Positions 11,287 to 22,037 of a DNA stretch of 47,463 bases are shown piece by piece. This stretch comes from Basidiobolus ranarum (taxonomy: Eukaryota). The translations under genes and the position numbers were made by a program. Every line of letters starts with the position of its first letter. Position 1 is the stretch's first letter. The notes under the pieces are model-generated. The model was not told the origin of the DNA, made no database searches, and saw only the letters and a program-made list of their open reading frames with translations. The DNA lies in contig JASJQH010006897.1 in NCBI GenBank assembly GCA_040143965.1, positions 1-47,463 of the forward strand, read 5' to 3'.

Positions 11287-12355
11287 TTAGTGGGTTTTTT
11301 CCGTCTTGGTTAAGGATATGAGACCATCGCGAATGACGGTGTATCCATTTCCCACAAATGCTGGGATTTTAGGGTTAGCGGTAGGTGGGAGCATCCACTT
11401 ATCCATGCGGTTACGAAGTTCTCCGAAAACATTACGAATATGTGGTGATGTTGCATAACGAAGTCTGAGGAAGTTTCCGTAAAAGAGGACAGCCAAGGGA
11501 GATATATTGAACCTAAATTGAAAGTTAGCATTGATTTTATACATACAGGTGACTAAGGATGATTACGTTAGAGCCTCAGTAAGAATAATTGACATTACGC
11601 CAAGAACCTCAATGTAAGATATAATGCCCATGCATTTCTCATAATAGACATCCTTGAATCGTTTAATGGTATCAGATGCTTGTTGGAAAATGCTTCGAGG
11701 CTGACCAGGGACTGGTGGCTGGGCGACAGATGGGACGAACGTAGGTAAAATTGCAGTACGAATAAAATCCACCACATGGAAAGAGGAGTATACACCGAAT
11801 GGAATCAGGGTAACTGAGATAGATGTTATAAGTTTTGTTTCTTTGGAATAGACAACTGCCATTTAACTTACTGAAGACTGGGGAGGAAAGCAACCAGATT
11901 ATAGCCATAATGAAGTACTGAGCGTTTTCGTCGCCAATAATTTTTTGAACAAGGGAGCCGTTAATCTGAGGGATCTATATTGTTCAGGGAATGTCGGTAA
12001 TCGTGTATAAACCATGTTTTATAAAACGAAATAAAATCTTACGCCATGCGTTTTCCACAATGTTATTCCATAGCTAAGTAGTGCGCCCAAGTAGGCAATG
12101 TAATACCACGGTTTCGAGTTGTCGTAGCTGAATGGTCTTTTCAAGAGGTAGACCAAACTGGATATTGTGACAATAACATGGCCAAACCACCATGCGAATC
12201 GAGCATTCTGTCAAGTAAATTATATGTTAGAAATCTGGTTTAATCGAATACCCAAAGTTCCTCTTTATTATTACCATCGTTAGAAGCTTGATTCTTTCGA
12301 CAAGAGGCTTTGTCAGAGCAGTACTAGGCTTCGCCTGGGTTGTGTTGGTAGACAT
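11287..12355 (-). CDS. POM33: ER / nuclear pore membrane protein Pom33/Per33/TMEM33, 5 exons
   Basis: Spliced: FAWWFGH..AYLGALLSYGI..DENAQYFIMAIIWL..TLIPFGVYSSFHV..YGNFLRLRY (TMEM33/Pom33 family motifs); four GT-AG introns. Confidence 0.9.
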
Positions 12356-12550
12356 GATGCGAGAGAAGTGAAATAGGAAGAATGAATGTGATATTGTAGA
12401 GCAGAACTCGCTGTTAATAAAGAGATTTCGACGTCCAGTGACGAAATATATTAAATACTCGATCAAATAAGGCTTGGTATTGGACGTCAGCATAACTTAG
12501 TTTACCAGCACAGTCATTCTATGTTTTAATTTTGAGTCTAACCGTATTCT

Positions 12551-12587
12551 ATCTCCACCCATTTCCGCCCATATCCGCCTATATCCG
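12551..12587. repeat. Degenerate 10-nt-period repeat (ATCTCCACCC/ATTTCCGCCC/ATATCCGCCT/ATATCCG)
   Basis: Four phased copies about 200 bp upstream of the POM33 ATG. Confidence 0.6.
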
Positions 12588-13335
12588 AGGATTAATCATC
12601 ACCAAGGTAAAATATACGCAGTCTCACTATGTTCCTCTGCATGAAGAATTCGAAACAATCTGCACTTTGCAAAACATGTCTTAACATTGACTCAGCATTT
12701 TACTCATATTCCATCTATCTCTGATTAAACTCAATATTATGTAGGCAATTACATATATACTGTACACTTGAGTCAATATATCCAGCAAATACTTAATAGA
12801 TGCAAAGGGAAGTGTATATAATCAGTAGTGCTAAATTCTAAGGAACAGCATAATTTCATCTACCACCATACCTTCAACTTTTCTTCACTTATTACCATAT
12901 ATCAGACTTCTTTCCACCTGTAGCATCTGCCTTAATATTAATTGTTCCTCCTACTATTTTGACACGCTTGACTCTGTCAGTCATAAGGTTGTATGGGTAG
13001 AGTTATTAAACTGCTTTCAGTTAAACTAATTTGCTTAGTGATTTACTCAAGTTCAGGAAAGATATTAGTAATATCTCTCACAATATAGTCCATCTAAATC
13101 ATTCATTGACATGTATATTTTTGATCTTCTTTCGCCAGATATAAATTATTAGAGATTAATTTCTGCATTGACAATTACCCAAGTTACACCGATAAGCAAG
13201 CCTACATAAACAATTATTTAAGTATAATCGAATGAAGGCCAAACAATTTAGCGATAATTCGGCGCTAATTAGTACTCGAATGCATCCCAGCAGAACGTAT
13301 CTCAGCCTATAACTTCTAGTTATGGAACAGACTGG

Positions 13336-13366
13336 GGATAGGGTATGGATAGGGTAGGGATAGGGT
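13336..13366 (+). repeat. 11-nt G-rich tandem repeat (GGATAGGGTAK x ~3)
   Basis: GGATAGGGTAT GGATAGGGTAG GGATAGGGT, read directly from the sequence. Confidence 0.75.
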
Positions 13367-14989
13367 TCTTGATTCCACAAAGTATTTCATACATATCGGT
13401 GTAACATTCCACAACAAAACCATTCCAGCAATATGGAAGTCATATGGAAACAATATGGGATTTCCAGGCTATTAGGTTTTGTATTCTCAGATTTTGAACT
13501 TTATATTGGAACACAAGCTCTTCAAGAAACGATAATGGAATGAATGTTAATGAGGAATCTTCTATATTTAGAAATTTGGTCATAACTTCTTGGAGTAATT
13601 GCTTAGACCAAACTAGGATCGATTATCCTGTCTAACAAATACCATATCGGTTCATTTTGGAATGCAAACATGTATTGATATCGCTTGATCTTGACTTGGC
13701 TCCCGAAATGGGAATATCTTGATAATGGCCAATGGCTATGGGGTACCCTTGCTCGCTGACCAAGTCAAGGCTTAAATTTGTTTTGCATTACACCTATTGG
13801 CAACTCCTCAAACTTTTATCTTTTGTGAGGTCATAGTAATTTAATGTCTGTTGACCAATCATGTATGCCAAGAGTTGCAAAAAGTGGATAATTGAGTCCC
13901 GTATTGGGAAAGTGACACTGGCTTGAAGAATGATACCCATTCCCTGATCAGCTGGAAGATGTTAAATTAGAAAGAGCTCCCCCACCGTTCAAATTTTCAT
14001 GACCTCCCCAACTCTGGGTGCCGAGCTCTGGGCATTTTCATACTGGAGAAGCCATGACTCACAAACATAGGCGTTTGTTTGTAAGATGACAGTAACTCCA
14101 CTTGAGAAAGCAAACGCTCGCTTACCCCATCCTAGCCGCAATATTTACCCCCTTCTCTCTACTCGATAAGCAGTTGCATGGGCATCGGGTCACGGTTTGA
14201 GGTACGTCCTAAAGTTAAATAAACATCAAAAGGACTTAGATCTCTTTGTCAGATCGATTAGTTGTATGGCTTAGGGTTAAGATTGTGCCGGTTTTAGTTA
14301 TGCCCATTGGCTATCACATAGGATATTTAACCCGATTTTCTATGGAAAGATATTCCAGAAAGGGGCTAAAGGGTCAAATAGGGGCCAAAATACTCTATCT
14401 GATTTAAAAAACGATGTTCTCACAAGGGTTAGGTTTAATCCAGACAAACTCGACCAATAAAGAAATATCGATAGTTGATAACTATATGGCTGTTAATATA
14501 TATATACATGTACATATATATGGATTTGCCATTCGTATGTTGGCCATTACCATGATTTCTCTATTTGGACATACCCAGTGACAATTCGATATTCGAATAC
14601 TGATTCGTCAGGTGTCCTTCATTGAGAATATACATATATATATACACTCTTGTGGCAATTTCCTTTTTGGATAGACCGTTTATCGATGGCCTAAATTGTA
14701 ATCCGGAAGTAGATTTAGTCAATTAAGATTCCTAAGAAATCATCGAAATACTAGTTACTTTATATCTTATTAAGTTTCACAAACAAGGGCCGAGTGTTAG
14801 TAAATATATCACCTATATAAGCGTCTCCAGACTCTAGAGAGTATTTTGTCTTCAAACTCGACCTGCATTTTATATCCGAAAGTTTTACTCTCCCTGGCAA
14901 TTCCTTTATTGTCTTTCACTTGAGCAGTGAATAGTAATCTTTGTTTGGGCCTTCCGTCTTCACTTTTTCTTCGCACCTAATCTTCGAAT

Positions 14990-17900
14990 ATGTCTTCCGA
15001 CAACAACACAGGTGCTCTATCTGCCATTAACAACGAGGACGATCCTATGTCCACTGCTACTCATCATAGTAGAGTTGTTTTCCAAGACCTGGAGAAGCCT
15101 TCTCGTAACCAAGAGTTCAATGCTATTCCAGCTGGTACTCCCCAGGAGAAAGAGTCCTCTACTCCTAAAGTAGTCAAGGAAGCTCCCAAAGGCAAAAAAG
15201 ATCTTGATATCACTGAGCATTTGATGACTATCGATCAAATTTCCCAAAAATACAACACTTTTGTCAATACAACCAAGCCTGCTGAGAGTACTGGTATATC
15301 TCTAGACCAAGCTGCCAAAGGCTTGGTAGAATACGGCCATAATATTCTTACTCCTCCCAAAACCAAGCACCCTATTATTCTTTACTTGGAATGTGTTGCC
15401 GGCCTTTTCAATCTCCTGTTGATTCTTGCTGGTATCCTTCAGTATGTCCTTTTGGCTATTGATCCTGTAGAGAATCAAGCCAATATCTACCTTGGTGCCA
15501 TTCTCATCCTAGTCGCCCTTCTCAATGCCTTCATTGAATTCTTCCAAATGATCAAGAGTGCTGCCATCTTGGCTTCTTTCCTGAATATGATCCCTGCTAA
15601 GTGCTTTGCCATCCGTGAAGGTAAACTGAGCCAAATGTCTGCTTCCGAGCTCATCCCTGGTGATGTTGTTTTCACTCGCATGGGTGATAAAATCCCTGCC
15701 GATCTTTTAATTTTCCACGCATCTGACATGAAGGTTGATAACTCTTCCCTTACTGGTGAATCTGAGCCTCAAGCTCGTATCCCCTTCAATGATCAACGTA
15801 ATCCTCTGGAGGCCACTAATCTTGCATTCAATGGTACTCTTGTGGTTGCCGGAGAAGGTTATGGTATTGTTGTTCGTACTGGTGACAACACAGTGTTGGG
15901 ACAAATTGCCGGTCTTACTCAAGGTGAAAAGAAACGTAAGAGTCCTTTGTCTCTCGAAATCGATAACTTCGTGAAAACTATCGCCATTGTAGCTGCCATC
16001 ACCGCCATCATCTTCTTTATTGTTGGTCAAGTTCTCTATGGAAATATTTCTTTCACTCTTAATTTCGCTATTGGTGTGTTTGTTGCTTTTGTTCCTGAAG
16101 GTCTCCCTGCTACGGTCACCATGCTGTTGACCATTGCTGCTAAGAGAATGGCCGCTTCCAATGTATTGGTGAAGGATTTGAAGGGTGTTGAAACCTTGGG
16201 TGCCATCACTCTATTGGCTACCGACAAGACTGGTACTCTTACTAGAAACCAAATGACAGTAACCAACGTTTGGAGTGGTTTGGTCATGTATACTGCATTT
16301 CCTTCCAGTGGTAATCCTGAATTGCCATTAACCGGTGATGCTCCAGGTGTAGATGAGGTTATGCACAATGCTTCTCTTAACTCCAGAGCTAAGTTTGACC
16401 GTGTTGATGTACCCATGGAGGAACGTCAAATTCTTGGTGATGCCACCGAATCTGGACTTGTTCGTTTTGCCGCAAAGAATCTCCCCGATTTTGATAACAT
16501 TGGCACTAAATATCCCAAGGTATTCGAAATCCCCTTCAACTCTGACAACAAGTGGGCCATGACTATTCACGAGAAGAGTCACGCCAATGGAGACTTCACC
16601 TTATATATTAAAGGTGCCCCTGAGCGTATTTTGCGCCTGTGCAGTACCATCTTGATCAACGGTGAAGCAATTCCTTTAACTCAAGAACACAAAGATTTGT
16701 ACGATCAAACCTACGCATACATGGCTGGTAAAGGACATCGTGTCCTAGCTTTTGCTCAACTCCTCTTGCCAAGAGATCAATATCCTTTAGGCATGGAATT
16801 TAGCAAGGAGAATAAGAATTATCCTACTACTGAACTTTGCTTCGTTGGTTTGTCGTCTCTCGAAGATCCCCCTAAGCACGGTGTACGTGAGGCCATTGGT
16901 AGCTGTCGTTCAGCTGGTATCCAAGTCATGATGGTAACTGGTGATCACCCTCTTACTGCTGAAGCCATCGGTAGAAAGATCAACATTATGTTGTCAGAGA
17001 CTAAGGAAATGGTTGCAAAGAGAACTGGACGTCCTATTGAAAGTATCCAAGAACATGAATACTCTGCAATTGTTATTCATGGTGAACAAATTGATTCTTT
17101 GACCGAAGAAGACTGGGATATTATCTTTTCCAAGAATGAAATCATTTTTGCCCGTACCTCCCCTAAGCACAAGTTGGAAATCGTGAGACATGCTCAAGCC
17201 ATGGGTCATATTGTTGGTGTCACTGGTGACGGTGTTAACGATTCCCCCGCTCTAAAGAAGGCTGATCTTGGTATTGCCATGAACCAATCAGGATCCGACG
17301 TATCTAAAGAAGCCGCTGCCATGATTTTGTTGGATGATAACTTCGCCTCTACTGTCAAAGGTATTGGAGAAGGTCGTCTCATCTTCACCAACTTGAAGAA
17401 GTCTATCCAATACACTATCACACACAGTACTCCTGAAATTCTTCCTAACCTGTTATATATTATTGTACCACTTCCACTTCCTTTGTCAGCCATTTTAATT
17501 TTGGTAATCGATCTTGGTTTCGAACTCTTTGCTGCTTTATCATATGCCTGGGAAATGCCTGAAACCAAGGCTGGTCTCATGAAGCTACCTCCTCGTAAAC
17601 CTGTTACTGTACGCTCTATTGCACGCCTTAGAAGACAAATGTCAAGACGCCCTCAATCGCATATGGATGTAGAGTCTGGCCACGAATCCAAACCTTCAAG
17701 ATTCACTCTTTTCAAATACAGCGTTTCCCAAAAATTCACTGCCCAATATTGGTCAGAGATGTTTGAAGAGACTGATGATGAAGTTTTGGTTGATGCCGGT
17801 GTCCTTTCATGGGGTTATATCGAAGCAGGTTTGATCGAATTTGTAGGCGCTATTCTCTCCTATTTCCTTGTACTCTGGTTTGAATTCGGCATTTCACCTA

Positions 17901-18394
17901 GTGAAGCACGTTTAATGCAAAAGGGTAATTGCTTCCAGAAAGAATCTGAATCTTGGACTCTTCCCAATGGCACTGTACTAGATAATGGCCGACAGAAGGA
18001 GGCTTTGAGTCAGGCTCAAAGTATCTACTACCTATCTGTGATGATCATGCAATGCTTCAACTTGTTCGCTTGCAAATGTCGCATTCGTCTTCCTTTCGGT
18101 AAATATATGTTCAAAAACAAGATGTCATTCATCGGTTTGGCCATTGGTGCTGCTATCGCCCTCCTAGTGGTATACGTACCTCCTTTCAACGTAGTGTTTG
18201 GTACTTCTTACCAACTCAGCCCTAAATGGTGGTTAGTTTCTATTGGATTTGGTATTCTATTATTCTTCTACTCCTGTGTTCGCAGAATTATCGCTAGAAA
18301 GAGAAAGCCCATCTCCTGGAATCCTGATATCGTTGGTCTTCAAATGTATCCTACAGTTAGAACCGTTAAGTCTACTGGTACAAATGGAAAATAA
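14990..18394 (+). CDS. P-type cation ATPase related to the Na,K-ATPase alpha subunit (fungal ACU / P2C-like K+/Na+ pump), intronless
   Basis: DNSSLTGESEPQ, PEGLPATVT, DKTGTLT (phosphorylation site), KGAPERIL, VTGDHPLTA and TGDGVNDSPALKKAD motifs; about 10 TM segments. Confidence 0.92.
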   Translation: MSSDNNTGALSAINNEDDPMSTATHHSRVVFQDLEKPSRNQEFNAIPAGTPQEKESSTPKVVKEAPKGKKDLDITEHLMTIDQISQKYNTFVNTTKPAESTGISLDQAAKGLVEYGHNILTPPKTKHPIILYLECVAGLFNLLLILAGILQYVLLAIDPVENQANIYLGAILILVALLNAFIEFFQMIKSAAILASFLNMIPAKCFAIREGKLSQMSASELIPGDVVFTRMGDKIPADLLIFHASDMKVDNSSLTGESEPQARIPFNDQRNPLEATNLAFNGTLVVAGEGYGIVVRTGDNTVLGQIAGLTQGEKKRKSPLSLEIDNFVKTIAIVAAITAIIFFIVGQVLYGNISFTLNFAIGVFVAFVPEGLPATVTMLLTIAAKRMAASNVLVKDLKGVETLGAITLLATDKTGTLTRNQMTVTNVWSGLVMYTAFPSSGNPELPLTGDAPGVDEVMHNASLNSRAKFDRVDVPMEERQILGDATESGLVRFAAKNLPDFDNIGTKYPKVFEIPFNSDNKWAMTIHEKSHANGDFTLYIKGAPERILRLCSTILINGEAIPLTQEHKDLYDQTYAYMAGKGHRVLAFAQLLLPRDQYPLGMEFSKENKNYPTTELCFVGLSSLEDPPKHGVREAIGSCRSAGIQVMMVTGDHPLTAEAIGRKINIMLSETKEMVAKRTGRPIESIQEHEYSAIVIHGEQIDSLTEEDWDIIFSKNEIIFARTSPKHKLEIVRHAQAMGHIVGVTGDGVNDSPALKKADLGIAMNQSGSDVSKEAAAMILLDDNFASTVKGIGEGRLIFTNLKKSIQYTITHSTPEILPNLLYIIVPLPLPLSAILILVIDLGFELFAALSYAWEMPETKAGLMKLPPRKPVTVRSIARLRRQMSRRPQSHMDVESGHESKPSRFTLFKYSVSQKFTAQYWSEMFEETDDEVLVDAGVLSWGYIEAGLIEFVGAILSYFLVLWFEFGISPSEARLMQKGNCFQKESESWTLPNGTVLDNGRQKEALSQAQSIYYLSVMIMQCFNLFACKCRIRLPFGKYMFKNKMSFIGLAIGAAIALLVVYVPPFNVVFGTSYQLSPKWWLVSIGFGILLFFYSCVRRIIARKRKPISWNPDIVGLQMYPTVRTVKSTGTNGK

Positions 18395-18944
18395 CTCAGG
18401 AAAATAACCAAAAACACCACGTTCACTCGCCCACATTACTCCCCGCACCAATCATGTAGTACACAATTCATACACTTCATCATTGGTTCGCATTTGACAT
18501 CATTCCCGATTTTTCATAGTTTACCTAATTACCCATGTAATTTTATAATCGATATTATTTATAAAGAGAATATTCTAATTCATATATACTTTTATCCGTT
18601 TACTTCCGACTACTAAATGTAGTATTGTGTTCTATTGTATCAAATACCCAATGGCGTTAGTAATGGACTCAGGTAACCTTACACTAGCGTAATTGCTGTT
18701 ACTCACATTTTGGTCCCATATTTAGCATCAGCGTTATCTAACAAGTTGGAGAGCTGTTTAGATTGAGATAACCAGGTAGGAATTAGTAGAATTTTTCATC
18801 CTAGAATGTAAGATTCCCGTAAGCATTATCTAATATTATATATTCTAAATATAGATGTAGTATAGGGTGATAGGGGATGGTAGACACAGCTACTTGTGTT
18901 CGTTTGGTGGCTTTTGTTAACAACTCTTTTGATAGGATAACAAT

Positions 18945-21704
18945 ATGGAAGAGAATCCCGCATTCAATATCATTTCTAACTTGGAAACTCCAGAGTCATG
19001 TTTAGAGCTACGCATTTCTTGCAAGTAAAGTGTACTCAGTTTTTTGTATGGAAAAGAAGACAGAGATTGAAGAGTAATAAAACCCTTTTATTTTTAAAAG
19101 AAATCTAGCAAAGATGGACCTTTGTTTCCCTTCAGACCCTATAGTGGTCTGTCAAGCCTTTAAAAACGGAAGTTGGCAGGAAATTGGTCGTACTGAATAC
19201 ATTCACAATGACTCCAACCCGAAATTTACCACTTCTTTCAAGCTTGAATACCGCTTTACTGATGCACTACCCTTGAAGTTAGTTATTTTTGTCTCTTGTA
19301 TTATGACTAAAAATCACTGACTTTCATCAACGTCAGGTTTAAGGTCTATGACTTTGACAAGCGTGCTGAATCACTTGAGAAAACTGATTATATTGGGTCT
19401 CTTGAGACTAGTTTATCAGAGATTGGTGTTTATTTTAAGTTATTACTCTTTTGTTAGGATAGGTACTTACTATTCACAGTTAACGCCCCTAGTCACATAC
19501 TAGAGAGCGCTTTGAAGAATCCAAAAATTTCCAATCCTGGGTTTATTCGAGTCGTAGCTGAAGAGGCTATAGATTATAAGGACGTGCTCAAGTAGGTTCG
19601 ATCTTTTTAATTATCCTAGCTTATCAGTTGTTAATGGTAACCTTCACGAATCAAGCTTTCATTTGAGCGGAAAGGATTTGAAGAAACCAGTTAGTACTTA
19701 AGAATTGGCCATTCCAATCAAAAGTTAGAATTTAATGTGCTATCATAGGGAATTCTCTCTCGTTGTAAATTTTTCTATCGAATTAGTCGATTCCAAGATG
19801 GTTACAATTATCTTTTGATCCCTTTACTAATGGTAAGCACCTAAGATATGTTTGGAATTTTAGATGGTAGCTATGCCTTGGTATATCAAAGTGAGGTCCA
19901 ACACAGAAGTACCAGTCCGGGTTGGGCTCCAGCATCTGGTTAGTGATAATCTTGTTCATCGCGGTATAACATATATCTTAACTATAGCCCTTCACTTCTC
20001 CAGTGCCGATTGTCCATATCTGCAACAGAGATTATGAAAGGCCCCTGCTTATTGAAGTGATGGATTGGAGCAGACTTGGCAGTAAGACCTAACACCTTTG
20101 TGACATTTCTTATTTCTTGGTGGCTTAATGCTATTGATATTCGATAGAGCATTCCTTGGTTGGCTATTGTAGTACCACTATCCACGATCTTACCGCTGCT
20201 ATTGGTTCAGAGTTGCTTCTTACCAACTCGCACGACAAAAAAGGCGGACTCCCAGGAAAAGTATTCGTTAGTGCATGCAGGATTGAAAAAAGTGATACGT
20301 AAGGTTAATCTTTAGATGTCACGCTAGATAATCCTTTTTAGATAACAGTCTTCCATAGTTTTCTCGATTACTTGCATTCTGGTGCCCACTTGAGTATGAC
20401 TGTTGCCATCGACCTGTCCAAATCCAATGGTGCGTTCTATTAATCATTCCCGAAAGTAATAAGCTTAATTTTGATGATATTATCAGGTGATTTTGGGAAC
20501 CCTTCTTCGTTACATTTCCTTTCAGATACACAGTACAACTGCTATCAAGATGCCATATTATCACTTGGTAATTTATACAATAGTGTTATGGTGTTGTATC
20601 ACTAATTAACATACCTTACTGTAGGCGGTGTCTTGGAGCCTTATGATTCCGATCGGAAATTTCCTGTAAGTTAGAGCCAATATCAGGCAAACCAATGTCA
20701 GCCACTAGATTACAATTATTGTATATTGCACAGGTTTATGGATTTGGTGCTAGCCTACCTGACGGCTCTAACCCTCCCTTCTTTGCATTGAATGGAAATG
20801 CCACTCAGGTACACTATTCCTATTAATGGATACTCTTGGTATCAACTAACAATTGATGCTTCAGCCGGAAGTTATCGGAGCTAGAGGTATCTTCAATAGC
20901 TACAAAGATGCAGTTAGTAGTATCACTCCAACAGAGCCTACACAGGTAGCTCCCGTAAGTGAATTCCTCAACATTACTCGATCGACAGAATATTTGATTA
21001 ACCACGTATTAGATAATCAACTTGGTTTGTGACAAGATCGTCAAGTCCCTTGCCACTCCTTCCGTCGGAGGTGCGCAAAATTACCATGTTTTAGTCATTA
21101 TTTCTGATGTATGTACCTTATTTTGTAATTTTATACTCGCATACATTTAAGACGAAAATATAGGGACAAATTGATGATATGGAGGATGCAGTGAGAGCTG
21201 TCCTGCGTGGATCCAAGCTTCCCTTGAGTATAGTTATGGTAGGGGTTGGAAATGGAAACTTTGATAAAATGGATGTGTTGGACGCTGACGAGAATGTTCT
21301 GGAGGTAAGTTTACAGGTAAATGGCGAATTTTCAAAAGTATGCACTGAACACCTTCTGATATATAGATTCACGGCGAGGTGGCAGAAAGGTACATTAATT
21401 CTTTTAGAATCCAAGTAAGAATTCGTATCATTGAACATCTTTAACACCAGGGATATTGTACAATTTGTACCTATGCGTGATTTTAAGAGTGGTGATCCCA
21501 ATAAGCTGGCAAGTGAGGTTGGTTTCTTTTAACCCGTAATATTATCATCCCTCCCCTTGGTTAATTATTTGTATATGGTCTGGTGTATACCGAAAATATT
21601 AGGTACTACGAGAGATACCTTCTCAGTACTTGGAATACATGAGAAGTCATAACATCAAGCCTGTCCCTGTAGACCTAAAGAAGGCTAATTGGAGGCTTTA
21701 TTAG
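18945..21704 (+). CDS. Copine (C2A-C2B-vWA phospholipid-binding protein), 19 exons
   Basis: Manual splicing gives LELRISCKNLAKMD..SDP..EIGRTE..NPKF, VYDFD, FLDYL..VAIDLSKSNGD..SLH, YDSDRKFPVYGFGA, YHVLVIISDGQIDDM, LPLSIVMVGVG, RDIVQFVP and EVLREIPSQ. All introns are GT-AG; an extra upstream exon cannot be excluded. Confidence 0.92.
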
Positions 21705-22037
21705 AGAGAAATTTCTGGTATATCGGTTCTTTATCTGCATAACTGAAAGTTAGCTAACATCACAATAAAGTTTGAGCTGATTACATTAATTTATTGCTAC
21801 CACATATATTCGTTCGGATTCCATCAGTCAGTAATGTATCGAAGCTTATGGATGAAAATAGAGATCGTATCATTGGTGGAGATGTCCAGTATTTGTTTAG
21901 TCAGAAAGTACGATTAACTTCCAATTGCTTACAAATTGATCGAAATAAAAAAAAATATTAAAGCGAGTTGTAGCTAAATTTCTCTTGACTTACCGAGTAA
22001 ATTCCTTGTACATACTTTTTTTCTTAGTATTGGTAAA

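Noticed and set aside
11308-11319. ATATCCTTAAC on the minus strand, resembling a U12 donor and branch site
   Set aside because: It lies in the last codons of POM33 (LISLT) just before the stop, and no intron is needed there.
13695-13872. Two PacC/Rim101-type GCCAAG sites upstream of the cation ATPase
   Set aside because: Two 6-mers in 2.6 kb is near chance expectation.
15017-18451. Many antisense and alternate-frame ORFs over the ATPase (and likewise over EMW1, MIP1, GT2 and VAC14)
   Set aside because: Shadow ORFs caused by codon bias of the real genes; no recognisable domains.
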